A DNA stretch of 50,536 nt from Methylobacteriaceae bacterium (GCA_019244955.1 JAFASC010000078.1:1-50536), one strand, 5' to 3'; counted from the stretch's first letter, positions 16,470-26,369 are shown. Notes: a model not told the origin generated them from the sequence alone. Program-made: numbers and translations.

Positions 16470-18165
16470 CGCTAGCTCCGGCGCGCGGCGGCGTCGCAGC
16501 GTCTCCGTCTTGCGCGAGGTAAGCATGAATTGCCGCGACCACCTGCGCGCCCTCGCCGACCGCGGCGGCCACCCGTTTCACCGAACCTGAGCGCACGTCG
16601 CCGATCGCGAACACTCCGGCGCGACTGGTCTCCAACGCGTGGTGGCCCTGGCCGACATCTCTTCCGGTGCGAATGAAGCCCTTCGCGTCCAGTGCAACAT
16701 CGCATTGTGCCAACCAATCGGTATTCGGGTCCGCACCAATGAACAAGAACAAATGCCTGATCGGACGCGTTGTCTCTTCGCCGCTGATGCGGTTGCGCCA
16801 GCGCATCTCTTGCAGATTGCCTTCGCGTCCTTCGAGAGCGATCACTTCGGTCTCGCTCAGCACCTCGATATTCGGCTGCGCCCTGATGCGTTCGCAAAGA
16901 TAGCGCGACATCGTCGCCTGGATGGTTTTGCCGCGCGCGAGCATCCAGACCTTTTTAACGTTGGCGGCCAGATAGACCGCTGCTTGCCCCGCCGAATTTC
17001 CCCCTCCGACCAGCGCGACCTCTTGCCCTGCGCACAACCGCGCCTCGATCGGCGAGGCCCAATAATGCACGCAGGAGCCTTCGAATTCTGCGAGATTGGC
17101 GACGTCGAGGCGGCGATAACGCGCGCCGCTCGCCACTACTACCGTGCGTGCTTGCAGCCGTTCGTCCTCGCCCACGTCGAGAGCATAATGCCTTTCATGT
17201 TCGCCGGCAGAGTTCGCCAGGCGTTTGGCTTCGTCTGGTATCACCAACTCGGCGCCGAACTTTTGCGCCTGATTGTAGGCGCGTGCCATCAAGGCCATTC
17301 CCGAAATGCCCGTGGGGAAGCCGAGATAGTTCTCGATGCGCGAGGAGGCGCCGGCCTGACCGCCGAAGGCGCGGCGATCGAGCACGATGACCGACAGGCC
17401 TTCCGAGGCGGCGTAAACCGCCGCCGCGAGTCCTGCCGGTCCGGCGCCCACGATTGCCACATCGTAGCGTTTCCTCGCATCTATTGGCCGCAGCAAGCCG
17501 ATGCAGCGCGCCAATTCATTGTCGCCGGGATTGCGCAGCAATTTGCCGTTCGGGCAAAGCACGATCGGCAGGTGATGCGGGTCGACGTGAAAGCGCGACA
17601 CCAGTGTCGTCGCGCAGGAATCGGTCGCTGAATCGAGGGTGCGATGCGGTTGGCCGTTGCGCCGCAGAAAATTCTGCAGGCGCAGTACATCAGGATGATC
17701 GCTCGGTCCGATAATGATCGGGCCGCTTGCCGCCGTTTCGAGCAGACCGACACGACGCAGGATCAGGGCACGCATGATGCGCTCGCCGAGATTGGCTTCC
17801 TGCACCATCAGGTCGCGCAGCCGCTCGGAGGCAATCACAAGCGCGTCGACTGGCTCGCGGGCCTCGATGTCGACAAGGGAGGGCCGCGCCGAAAGCTGGG
17901 CGAGTTCGCCGGCGAACTGACCCGGATGATAGGTGACGATCGTCTCAGGCCGATTGAGCCCGCGGCCCTGGATCACGTCGAGCTTGCCCGAGACGACCAG
18001 GATCAGGCCGGGCCCGACCTCGCCTGCCCGGACCACGCGCTCGCCTGCTCCATACGAGCGAGGCTCTGCGAACCGGCATAGCCGCTCGATGTCCTCGCCT
18101 GCCAAGGTTGGGAACATCTGGTCTTGGCGAGCGCTGAAGGGCGGGGGCGCAGCCGATTGGGGCAT
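16459..18165 (-). CDS. Cyclic-nucleotide-binding domain fused to a thioredoxin-reductase-like FAD/NAD(P)H oxidoreductase, lacking the canonical CxxC
   Basis: N-terminal cNMP domain (GQFAGELAQLSARPS). GAGPAGLAAAVYA (FAD). GGGNSAGQAAVYL (NADPH). GVFAIGDV. Where low-Mr TrxR carries CATC, the sequence reads VHYWASPIE. Confidence 0.85.
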   Translation of the reverse strand: MPQSAAPPPFSARQDQMFPTLAGEDIERLCRFAEPRSYGAGERVVRAGEVGPGLILVVSGKLDVIQGRGLNRPETIVTYHPGQFAGELAQLSARPSLVDIEAREPVDALVIASERLRDLMVQEANLGERIMRALILRRVGLLETAASGPIIIGPSDHPDVLRLQNFLRRNGQPHRTLDSATDSCATTLVSRFHVDPHHLPIVLCPNGKLLRNPGDNELARCIGLLRPIDARKRYDVAIVGAGPAGLAAAVYAASEGLSVIVLDRRAFGGQAGASSRIENYLGFPTGISGMALMARAYNQAQKFGAELVIPDEAKRLANSAGEHERHYALDVGEDERLQARTVVVASGARYRRLDVANLAEFEGSCVHYWASPIEARLCAGQEVALVGGGNSAGQAAVYLAANVKKVWMLARGKTIQATMSRYLCERIRAQPNIEVLSETEVIALEGREGNLQEMRWRNRISGEETTRPIRHLFLFIGADPNTDWLAQCDVALDAKGFIRTGRDVGQGHHALETSRAGVFAIGDVRSGSVKRVAAAVGEGAQVVAAIHAYLAQDGDAATPPRAGASDGI

Positions 18166-18284
18166 GTTCCCTGATAGCAGACGATCGCCGCCGCAAACAG
18201 ATTGGGCGCGCAGAAGGGGTGTTTCCGCTTCGTTAACCGAAAAGCTTCAATGCGACTTAACTCGCGTGACGCAAATGTTTTTGC

Positions 18285-19319
18285 ATGACGCGTCGCGTTT
18301 TTGTCACGGTCCTTGCCCTTGCCGTTGTCGGCAGCGTGGCGGGCTGCGGCGTCTATGAGCGAGCCCAGCGTCCCGCGTGGCGCACCCAGGCCGAAAATGC
18401 CTGTCTCGCCCAGCACAAGGTCATGCAGAGCGAGTACATTCAGCCAGCCAACGAAATGTCTGGCCCGGGGATTTGTGGCATGACCCGGCCGTTCAAAGTC
18501 GCGGCGCTGCAGAACGGCGCCGTCGCCTTCAATTCGACCGCCACGCTCGACTGCTCAATGGTCGCCGAACTCGATCAGTGGCTTGCCGACGTGGTGCAGC
18601 CCGCGGCGCAGGCGCGCTTCGGTGTCGCCGTCGTGCAGATCAATTCGATGGGCTCCTATTCCTGCCGTGGCATCAACGGCCAGATGGGTGCGCAGCTCTC
18701 AGAGCATGCTTTCGGCAACGCGCTCGATATCGGCGGCTTCGTGCTGGCCGATGGCCGCAGCATCGCGATCGTCCATGACTGGACACGCGGCGACGAGCAG
18801 ACGCAGGCCTTCTTGCGCGACATTCATGGCGGCGCCTGCGATCACTTCACTACCGTGCTCGGACCAGGCTCGAACGTCTACCACTACAACCACATCCATG
18901 TTGACCTTGCCATGCATGGTAACACGTCGAGCGGCCCGCGCCGCATCTGCAAACCGGTGCCGCGAACGACCGCGCCCGCGCCGCATCGCGACGACCTGCC
19001 CGACGCGCCGGACATTGATGATGACGTCGACATGGCGCAGGCGCGTCCGGTTTCCGCAGGCATGTATGCGATGCACAACGGCCCGGCAGCGAGCGTGCCA
19101 CGGCAGGAGCGCCTGCAAGCTTTCAACGCCGATGAGATTTCCAAGCTGATCGCCCGCACGAACCGGCCGCTCGACCTGCAGCATTCGACTGCCACCGCTT
19201 ACGCCCCGGCGCCACCAGCGCGTCCGGTTCGTGCCGGGGCGATGGGCTCGGACGGCGTCTTCGTACCGGAAGGTTCGCCGCAAGACTGGGACATCACGTC
19301 GAAAATTCCCAGACGCTAA
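18285..19319 (+). CDS. Extensin-like C-terminal domain lipoprotein
   Basis: Lipobox LAVVGSVAGC. CGMTRPFKV...LDCSMVAELDQWL...SYSCRGINGQMGAQLSEHAFGNALDIGGFVLADG. Confidence 0.75.
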   Translation: MTRRVFVTVLALAVVGSVAGCGVYERAQRPAWRTQAENACLAQHKVMQSEYIQPANEMSGPGICGMTRPFKVAALQNGAVAFNSTATLDCSMVAELDQWLADVVQPAAQARFGVAVVQINSMGSYSCRGINGQMGAQLSEHAFGNALDIGGFVLADGRSIAIVHDWTRGDEQTQAFLRDIHGGACDHFTTVLGPGSNVYHYNHIHVDLAMHGNTSSGPRRICKPVPRTTAPAPHRDDLPDAPDIDDDVDMAQARPVSAGMYAMHNGPAASVPRQERLQAFNADEISKLIARTNRPLDLQHSTATAYAPAPPARPVRAGAMGSDGVFVPEGSPQDWDITSKIPRR

Positions 19320-19469
19320 GCCGCATCTGCGACCTTCGCCTTCTGCCGCGCCAAGCCTTGCGTCCGGGCTGCGCCTATCCTTTACTGCGGTAAAATGGCC
19401 ATCCGGCGCTAAGCCTGCGCGCTTCGAGCGAAGCGCAGCACGAGAGGCCGAACCCGCGGAGGATATCCC

Positions 19470-20690
19470 ATGCTCAAAACAATTGCGCCGGTCGTTGCCG
19501 GCTCGGCCCTGATTGCCGCCGCGCTGGCCGTCCCGGCGCGCGCGGAAGACAAACCGATCCTGCTCGGCATCAACACCGCGCTGCAATTGCAGGTCGGACG
19601 CGACACGCTCGACGGCGTGCGGATGGCGGTCGAGGAGATCAACGCCAAAGGCGGCCTCATCGGCCGCAAGCTCGAAGTGGTCACGGCTGACGAGGGCGAG
19701 AGCCCGAAGGAAGGCGTCGCTGCGGTCAACAAGCTGACGGGTGACAATAACGTCAACGTGCTGATCGGCGGTTACGACAGCGGCGTCACACTCGCCGAGC
19801 TGCCGCATATCTCACGCGCGCAAACGATCTTCCTCGGCACCGGGTCCGCCTCGCCGGCGATCCAGCAGAAGGTCAAGGACGATTACGCCAATTACAAATA
19901 TCTCTTCCGCGTCAATCCGATCAATTCGGCCAAACAGGCCGCGAGCTTGATGGACTTCATCAAAGGCAAGCTAAAGGGGGATCTCGGCTATAGCAAAATC
20001 TCGATTCTCGGGGAGAATGCCAAATGGGTCCAAGACATGGTTCCCTATCTAAAGAGGAACGCGACCGAAGCGGGCCTCGAAGTGCCCTTCGCCGAGTTCT
20101 TCGATCCCCAGACGGCAGACTTCTCGCCGATCTTCGCCAAAGTGAAGGATTCCGGCTCGCAATATCTGCTCATCATCCTGTCGCATGCCGCATCCGACGT
20201 GTTCGTGAAGCAATGGTATGACGCCAAGGTGCCGGTGCCGATCGGCGGCATTGACGTGAAGAGCCAGGACGCCGATTTCTTCAAGCGCGTCGGCGGCAAA
20301 GCCATCTCGGAGGTCACGACCAATTTCGTGCTGCGTCAGCCGATCACCGAAAAGTCGATTCCATGGTGGGACGCTTTCGTCAAGAAATACAATCGCGCGC
20401 CGGTCTATAGCGCGGCGGGTGCCTATGACGCGGTCTACGTGTACGCCGACGCGGTGACCCGGGCCAAGACGACGGACGCCGATCCGGTCATCAAGGAGCT
20501 GGAGAAGACCGACTACGTCAGCCCGCGCGGCCGGGTGAAATTCGACGCGCTGCACGAGGTGCAGGATGGCCCCGGCAACGTCAACGTCATTTATGTGCAA
20601 TGGCAGAATGACGGCGATCGCGCTGTCGTGTGGCCGAAGGAAGTCGCCTCGGGCAAGATGATCGATCCGCCCTGGATGATGAAGAACTGA
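19470..20690 (+). CDS. ABC transporter substrate-binding protein (branched-chain amino acid / LivJ-type, family 4)
   Basis: Signal peptide. ILLGINTALQ...AVEEINAKGGLIGRKLEVVTADEG...VNVLIGG. Confidence 0.9.
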   Translation: MLKTIAPVVAGSALIAAALAVPARAEDKPILLGINTALQLQVGRDTLDGVRMAVEEINAKGGLIGRKLEVVTADEGESPKEGVAAVNKLTGDNNVNVLIGGYDSGVTLAELPHISRAQTIFLGTGSASPAIQQKVKDDYANYKYLFRVNPINSAKQAASLMDFIKGKLKGDLGYSKISILGENAKWVQDMVPYLKRNATEAGLEVPFAEFFDPQTADFSPIFAKVKDSGSQYLLIILSHAASDVFVKQWYDAKVPVPIGGIDVKSQDADFFKRVGGKAISEVTTNFVLRQPITEKSIPWWDAFVKKYNRAPVYSAAGAYDAVYVYADAVTRAKTTDADPVIKELEKTDYVSPRGRVKFDALHEVQDGPGNVNVIYVQWQNDGDRAVVWPKEVASGKMIDPPWMMKN

Positions 20691-20707
20691 CTTAAAGGCG
20701 CACCGCA

Positions 20708-21565
20708 TTGCTCGACATAATCATATACGGCGCTGTCATCAGCGCCGTATATGCGCTGCTCGCAGTCGGCTTCACACTTATCTTTGGCGTCGCGCGCATC
20801 CTCAACCTGGCGCACGGCGCCTTTTATGCGCTTGGCGCTTACTGCGTTTACACATTGACCGCCAATCTTCACGTGCCGCTGGTCATCGCCGCTGTGATTG
20901 CGGTGCTGCTGGTGGCGCTGTTCGGCATCGCCATGGAGCGCGTGCTGGTGCGGCCATTGCGCCGGCTGCCGCCGCTCGCCGTCCTGATGATGACCCTCGC
21001 GGTCGGGCTCATGGTCGAGCAAATCCTGCTGCTCATCTTTGGCTCCGAGGCGCGCAATGTCCCTTCGCTGGTCGAGAGCAGCTTCAATTTCGGCGGCGTG
21101 CTTCTAAGCGGGCAGCGGCTGCTCGCCTTCTTCTGCTCGGTGGCAATCCTCGGTGGGCTCTGGCTGTTCATGCAGCACACCCGCCTCGGCGCCGCGATCC
21201 TTGCGGTCTCGCAGGACCCGGAGGGCGCACGTTACATGGGCATTCCGTCCGACCGCATCTTCTCGATCGTGATGGGACTTTCGGCCGCGATCGCGGCGGC
21301 GGCGGGCGTCCTCGTTGCGCCGTTTCAGTCGGTCATCCCGGGCATGGGCCTGCTGCCGCTCGTCAAGGCGTTCGCAATCGTGATCGTCGGCGGGCTTGGC
21401 TCCATTCCCGGCAGCATCGTCGGCGCGCTGCTGCTCGGCTATACCGAGACTATCGTTGCCTTCAAAGCATCGATCGAATGGTCGCAGATCGTCTCCGTCG
21501 CGGCCGTTCTCATCGTCCTGATCATTCGGCCTGCCGGTTTCTTCGGCAAGCGCGCGGCATTCTGA
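20708..21565 (+). CDS. Branched-chain amino acid ABC permease (LivH-type)
   Basis: YALLAVGFTLIFGVARILNLAHGAFYALGAY is typical of LivH. TTG start as listed. Confidence 0.9.
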   Translation: MLDIIIYGAVISAVYALLAVGFTLIFGVARILNLAHGAFYALGAYCVYTLTANLHVPLVIAAVIAVLLVALFGIAMERVLVRPLRRLPPLAVLMMTLAVGLMVEQILLLIFGSEARNVPSLVESSFNFGGVLLSGQRLLAFFCSVAILGGLWLFMQHTRLGAAILAVSQDPEGARYMGIPSDRIFSIVMGLSAAIAAAAGVLVAPFQSVIPGMGLLPLVKAFAIVIVGGLGSIPGSIVGALLLGYTETIVAFKASIEWSQIVSVAAVLIVLIIRPAGFFGKRAAF

Positions 21566-21574
21566 ACAGCGCGC

Positions 21575-22546
21575 ATGCTCGCCTGGGGCAGTCTCACCAA
21601 AACCGACGTGATCGGCGCGATCGTCGTGATCGCCTTGCTGAGCGTGGTCCCGTTTGTCGGGAGCCGGTACATCGTCGGCATCATGACGGTCGCGCTCTGC
21701 TACGCGATCTGGGCTTCGAGCTGGGACTTCATGTCGGGTCTGACGGGCCGTGAGAATTTCGGCCATTCGTTATTCATCGGCACCGGCGCATATACAGCAG
21801 GCTTTCTCAACGTCAGTTTCGGACTAAGTCCCTGGTGGGGATTTCCCGCAGCGGCGATCATCGCGGTGCTGTTCAGCCTCATCATCGGCATTCCAACGCT
21901 GCGGCTCAGAGGCCCCTATTTCGCGCTGGCCATGCTGTCGGGCGCGGTGGTGATGCAGAAGCTGTCGATCATCTTTTCCGAAACGACAGGCGGCCAGGAC
22001 GGCTTGAACGGCCTCTCGCCGATGCTGCGCTCGCAAGTCTCCGCCTATTACTTCACGCTCGTCGCTTTGGTCGTAACCGTGATCGTCCTCAAATTCATCG
22101 CGCTGTCGCCTTGGGGAACGATCCTGCGCGCCATACGCGGCGATGAAGCGACGTGCCAGGCGGCCGGCATCAACGTCAACTTCTACAAAATCTCGGCCTT
22201 GATGATCAGCGCCGCGTTCGCCGGCTTTGGCGGCGCGCTTTATGCCAATTACCAGCTGCAGGTCGGGCCCGATCTGTTCGATGTCGCACTGTCGATCAAC
22301 ATCATCATCATGGTGTATGTCGGCGGGATGGGCTCGATCTACGGGGCGGTCGGCGGCGCGCTTCTCCTGATCGGATTGACCGAGGGCCTTCGCAGCTTCA
22401 GCGAATATCGGCTTTGGGTTTATACGCTCATCCTCATCCTCATCTTGTTCTTCATCCCGAATGGCGTCATCGCGCCTGCTTGGGTGCGCGTGCGCGAGTG
22501 GATCATAGGCCGCAGCGCCGCGTTCACCCGACGCGCCAGCGCATGA
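21575..22546 (+). CDS. Branched-chain amino acid ABC permease (LivM-type)
   Basis: Polytopic, 323 aa. GHSLFIGTGAYTAG...LRLRGPYFALAML...IRGDEATCQAAGINV. Confidence 0.9.
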   Translation: MLAWGSLTKTDVIGAIVVIALLSVVPFVGSRYIVGIMTVALCYAIWASSWDFMSGLTGRENFGHSLFIGTGAYTAGFLNVSFGLSPWWGFPAAAIIAVLFSLIIGIPTLRLRGPYFALAMLSGAVVMQKLSIIFSETTGGQDGLNGLSPMLRSQVSAYYFTLVALVVTVIVLKFIALSPWGTILRAIRGDEATCQAAGINVNFYKISALMISAAFAGFGGALYANYQLQVGPDLFDVALSINIIIMVYVGGMGSIYGAVGGALLLIGLTEGLRSFSEYRLWVYTLILILILFFIPNGVIAPAWVRVREWIIGRSAAFTRRASA

Positions 22547-23322
22547 GCGCGCTGCTCCACGTCGAAGGCCTGACCAAACGCTTCGGCGGGCTCACCGCGG
22601 TGAAGAACGTCTCATTCGCACTCGAGCCCGGCGAGATCACCGGCATTTTGGGGCCAAACGGCGCCGGCAAGACGACGCTCTTCAACCTGCTTACCGGTTT
22701 CATGCGGCCGGACCGCGGCACGATCGGATTCGATGGCGTGCCGCTCATCGGCGTCGCGCCGCATCGCATCGTCAACCGCGGTCTCGCGCGCACGTTTCAG
22801 CTGACGCGTCCGTTCATCGGCATGACGGTGGTCGAGAACGTTGTCGTCGGCTGCCTTGCGCCACGCGTGCGTGCCGAGGGCCACACCGAGGCGCGTGCCC
22901 GTGACATGCTCGATCGCGTCGGTCTCGGCGCGAAAGCCAACGTCATGGTCGATGCGCTGTCCTATGGCGACCTACGCCGCCTCGAAATCGCCCGCGAGCT
23001 CGTCACCCGCCCGAAACTGCTGCTGCTCGACGAGCCTTTCGCAGGCCTTGGCACGAGCGAAATCGAGCCGCTCGCCGCGCTGATCCGCGAGCTGCATAAA
23101 AGCGAGGGCCTTACCATCCTCATTATCGAGCATCGTCTACGCGAGTTCATGCAGCTCGTGCGACGCGTCATCGCCATGGATTTCGGCGAGATCATCGCGA
23201 CCGGCAGTCCAGCCGAAATCGTGCGGCACCCGCGCGTCATCGAGGCCTATATTGGTCGTGGCGGCGACGATCTCGAAGCGCGGCTCGGCGTCGCCCCGGA
23301 GAATGCGCGTGGGATTGCTTGA
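22543..23322 (+). CDS. ABC transporter ATP-binding protein (LivG-type)
   Basis: MSALLHVEGLTKRFGGLTAV, Walker A GPNGAGKTT, signature LSYGDLRRLE, Walker B LLLLDEP. ATGA overlap with the LivM-type stop. The listed start at 22153 is rejected. Confidence 0.9.
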   Translation: MSALLHVEGLTKRFGGLTAVKNVSFALEPGEITGILGPNGAGKTTLFNLLTGFMRPDRGTIGFDGVPLIGVAPHRIVNRGLARTFQLTRPFIGMTVVENVVVGCLAPRVRAEGHTEARARDMLDRVGLGAKANVMVDALSYGDLRRLEIARELVTRPKLLLLDEPFAGLGTSEIEPLAALIRELHKSEGLTILIIEHRLREFMQLVRRVIAMDFGEIIATGSPAEIVRHPRVIEAYIGRGGDDLEARLGVAPENARGIA

Positions 23323-24016
23323 GCTATCGCGCCTCACCGTGCACTACGGCAAAGCGCTCGCGCTCGAAAACCTCGATCTCGAGGTTCGCGAGGGTGAGCT
23401 CGTGGCGGTGCTCGGTTCGAACGGCGCCGGCAAGACGACGCTGTTGAAAGCCATCTCGCGGGCTCTGCCGAGCCGCGGCGCGATGAGGTTCGACGGTGTC
23501 GACATAGGCGATGTGCCGATGCACCAAGTCGTCGCGCGCGGCATCTGCCATTGTCCGGAAGGGCGGCGGCTATTTCCCGAATTGACGGTGCTAAAGAACC
23601 TGCAGCTTGGCGCCTATCTGCGCGATGACCGGGCCGAGATTGCCGCCGATCTCGAGCGTGTCTATGCGCTTTTTGGGGTGCTGCGCGAACGTGCGCGGCA
23701 GCAGGCGAGCACCCTCTCAGGCGGCGAGCAGCAGATGGTCGCGATCGGCCGCGCGCTGATGGGGCGACCGCGCCTGCTTCTCTTGGATGAGCCCTCGGTC
23801 GGCATCGCGCACCGGCTCAAAATGCAAATCTTCGATTCGATCCGCGCCATTCAGCAATCGGGCACCGCGGTGCTCTTGGTCGAGCAGGATGCGCGCTCCG
23901 CGCTGGGCATTGCCGACCGCGTCTACGTCATGGAGCATGGCCACATCGTGCGCGCCGGGACGAGCGCTGAAATTGCGGCTGACGATTCGGTGCGGCAGGC
24001 CTATCTCGGCGTCTAA
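23303..24016 (+). CDS. ABC transporter ATP-binding protein (LivF-type)
   Basis: GSNGAGKTT, LSGGEQQMVAIGRAL, LLLLDEPS. Start at the ATG at 23303 (MRVGLLEL...), overlapping the LivG-type end. Start uncertain. Confidence 0.85.
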   Translation: MRVGLLELSRLTVHYGKALALENLDLEVREGELVAVLGSNGAGKTTLLKAISRALPSRGAMRFDGVDIGDVPMHQVVARGICHCPEGRRLFPELTVLKNLQLGAYLRDDRAEIAADLERVYALFGVLRERARQQASTLSGGEQQMVAIGRALMGRPRLLLLDEPSVGIAHRLKMQIFDSIRAIQQSGTAVLLVEQDARSALGIADRVYVMEHGHIVRAGTSAEIAADDSVRQAYLGV

Positions 24017-25548
24017 CTCAGCCGTTTCGCCGGGTTGGTCAGCGCCAGCAGCCCCGCCCCCGCCGTAAAGGCTGCAATCGTCAGGAACGCAGCACGGAAC
24101 GCGTGTGCGATGTCGGCTTGGACAATCGCATGCCGCCCCGCGGGCAAGCCATCCAAGGCCGATGCGCCCTGCTCTATCATCGCGATGAAAACCTGCGCCC
24201 CGTCGGGGTCCATGATCGCAAGAGTCACGAACAAAATCATCCCGATCAGGGCGGTCCCGAAAGACGCACCGACAGACCGCGATAATTGTACCGAGGCCGC
24301 GGCCGCGCCCAGCCTTTCTCTTCCCGCGGCGTTCTGAACCGTGACCTGCACGACGCCCATGACGCTGCCCATGAACAGCGCCGTGACACCCCACAGCGCG
24401 GTCAGCTCGAGCGCGCTCATGTAGACTGCGAATGCCGCCTGCGCGAGGAGGAGCAGCGTCACCACGCTCAGGCCGACCGTCGAGACGATCATCGTGCGCC
24501 CGGTGCGGCTGACAATCTGGCCGGTAATCATCGAACCGAACCCGATTCCGGCAGTGAGTGGCAGCAGAAGCAGGCCGGTCTGCGTCGCCGACGTTCCATG
24601 TACGACGCGCAAATAGATGGGCAGAAAGGTGATCAGTGAGACGAGCGCGGCGCCGTGCAAAGCCGCCATGGCGTCGCTGTGCCAAATTTCCGGCCGCTTC
24701 AGCAACCCGACAGGAAACAGCGGATTGGGGGTGCTGGTTTCGCGTTTCAGAAGAAGAAGCAAGGCGACGATTCCGACCGCAGCACAAATCGCCCCGATCA
24801 CGAATGCACTCGGGTCGAGCAGCTGCAGCCGCTCCAATCCGATCAATAACGGAACCGTGAAGCAAACAAACAGCGCTAATCCGACGATATCGAAGGGTGC
24901 GCGTTCTCGAATGCCCTTTTTTGAGGGCAGCCTCCGCGCCAGCACGATCGCGACTGCGCCGAGGGGCACGTTGACGAAGAACACAGAGCGCCACCCAAAG
25001 CTCTGGGTCAGCAATCCGCCGACAACCGGGCCGAACGTGCTCGAACAGACAACAACCGCGGCGAGATAGCCTTGGTAGCGCGCGCGCTCACGTGGCGGCA
25101 CCGTTTCCCCGATCAGCGCTTGCGACAAAGTCATGAGCCCGCCGCCGCCGAGGCCCTGCGCCACCCTGGCAAGAATAAGCATCAGCATCGACTGCGCCGC
25201 CGCGCAAAGGCAGGAGGCGAGGATGAACACGGAAAGTGCGACGAACATGACTTTCCGGCGTCCGTGCAGATCGCCGTAATAGCCGTAGACCGGCGCAGCG
25301 ACAGTTCCGGCAATCAAGTAGGCAATGACGATCCAGGAGATGCGCTCAACGTCACCGAGCGATCCCGCGATACTGGGCAAGGCGGTCGCGACGATCGTCT
25401 GATCGACCACTGCCAAAAACATCGGCAGCATGATCGAAGGAAACACCGCGAAGAAGAGGCTGCGCGGCGATGGCGGCGGCGGCGGCGCTGCATCGGCGTG
25501 TGCGGGTTTGTTCGGCTCTCCTGGCGCCGCAGCGCCATCGTTCAGCAT
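24013..25548 (-). CDS. MFS transporter, DHA2 (EmrB/QacA-like, 14-TM class by length)
   Basis: 511 aa, polytopic. LPMFLAVVDQTIVATALPSI and GDLHGRRKV motifs typical of DHA2 exporters. Confidence 0.9.
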   Translation of the reverse strand: MLNDGAAAPGEPNKPAHADAAPPPPPSPRSLFFAVFPSIMLPMFLAVVDQTIVATALPSIAGSLGDVERISWIVIAYLIAGTVAAPVYGYYGDLHGRRKVMFVALSVFILASCLCAAAQSMLMLILARVAQGLGGGGLMTLSQALIGETVPPRERARYQGYLAAVVVCSSTFGPVVGGLLTQSFGWRSVFFVNVPLGAVAIVLARRLPSKKGIRERAPFDIVGLALFVCFTVPLLIGLERLQLLDPSAFVIGAICAAVGIVALLLLLKRETSTPNPLFPVGLLKRPEIWHSDAMAALHGAALVSLITFLPIYLRVVHGTSATQTGLLLLPLTAGIGFGSMITGQIVSRTGRTMIVSTVGLSVVTLLLLAQAAFAVYMSALELTALWGVTALFMGSVMGVVQVTVQNAAGRERLGAAAASVQLSRSVGASFGTALIGMILFVTLAIMDPDGAQVFIAMIEQGASALDGLPAGRHAIVQADIAHAFRAAFLTIAAFTAGAGLLALTNPAKRLS

Positions 25549-26369
25549 GCGAACAGGACGGGAAGGTTTGCCTCAGCAAGGATATGGCGCGTCTGGCCGC
25601 CAAAGATCATCTGCCGCAGACGGCTCTGGGTGTAGGCGCCCTTCACCAGAAAATCTGCCCCAAGCGAAGCAGCGGTTGTGAGAATCACTTCGCCGGCACT
25701 GCGCTGCCGGTCGGTTACGTGCTTATGCTCGACGTCGAGGCCTTCGATCGCCAGCGCCTGCGCAAGTTGCTGGCCCGACGGCCCCGGAACCATGCCGCCC
25801 TCGACCGTGAGCACGGTCAGGCGGCGGGCTTTTTCCAGGATCGGCATGGCCAGCGCGATCGTTCGCGCCGTCTCCGTCGATCCATTCCAGGCGATGACGA
25901 CATTATCCCCAAGCGTCTGCCCGATGCGTTGGGGCACGACAAGGACCGGCCGGCCGCTCTCAAACAGCGCGGCTTCGAACGTCGCCATCCGCGGTGCGTT
26001 CGGCGCCGACCCCGGACGGCCCAGCACGATAATGTCGAAGACGCGTCCGTAGCTTCCGAGGCTGAGGTCGCCGACGAGCTTTTGCGCAGACCAGGCAAAT
26101 GCCCCCCTCCGCGGCGCGCCGGTCCGCGGCAGGTGGGTGCTCATGAAGCTCTCGAACTGCTCGCGCGCCTGTTCCGCGAGGTCGCGCCACATGGTTTCGT
26201 CCGGCATCGGCCCACCCATCGGGATTTCAAACCCGGCGAGACCGGAGAGGTCGGGCCCGATGGCAAGCCCCTCGACATACGCCTCGAACCGACGCGCCAG
26301 CATCAGCGCCGCCTCGAAAACCGCATCGGTGTGCGCGTGATCAGCGACAGGAACGAGGATGCTCCTCAT
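25542..26369 (-). CDS. Universal stress protein (tandem UspA domains)
   Basis: 275 aa. MRSILVPVADH.... The C-terminal ...DFLVKGAYTQSRLRQMIFGGQTRHIL resembles the Usp ATP-binding motif. Its stop overlaps the MFS start by 7 nt. Confidence 0.8.
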   Translation of the reverse strand: MRSILVPVADHAHTDAVFEAALMLARRFEAYVEGLAIGPDLSGLAGFEIPMGGPMPDETMWRDLAEQAREQFESFMSTHLPRTGAPRRGAFAWSAQKLVGDLSLGSYGRVFDIIVLGRPGSAPNAPRMATFEAALFESGRPVLVVPQRIGQTLGDNVVIAWNGSTETARTIALAMPILEKARRLTVLTVEGGMVPGPSGQQLAQALAIEGLDVEHKHVTDRQRSAGEVILTTAASLGADFLVKGAYTQSRLRQMIFGGQTRHILAEANLPVLFAC

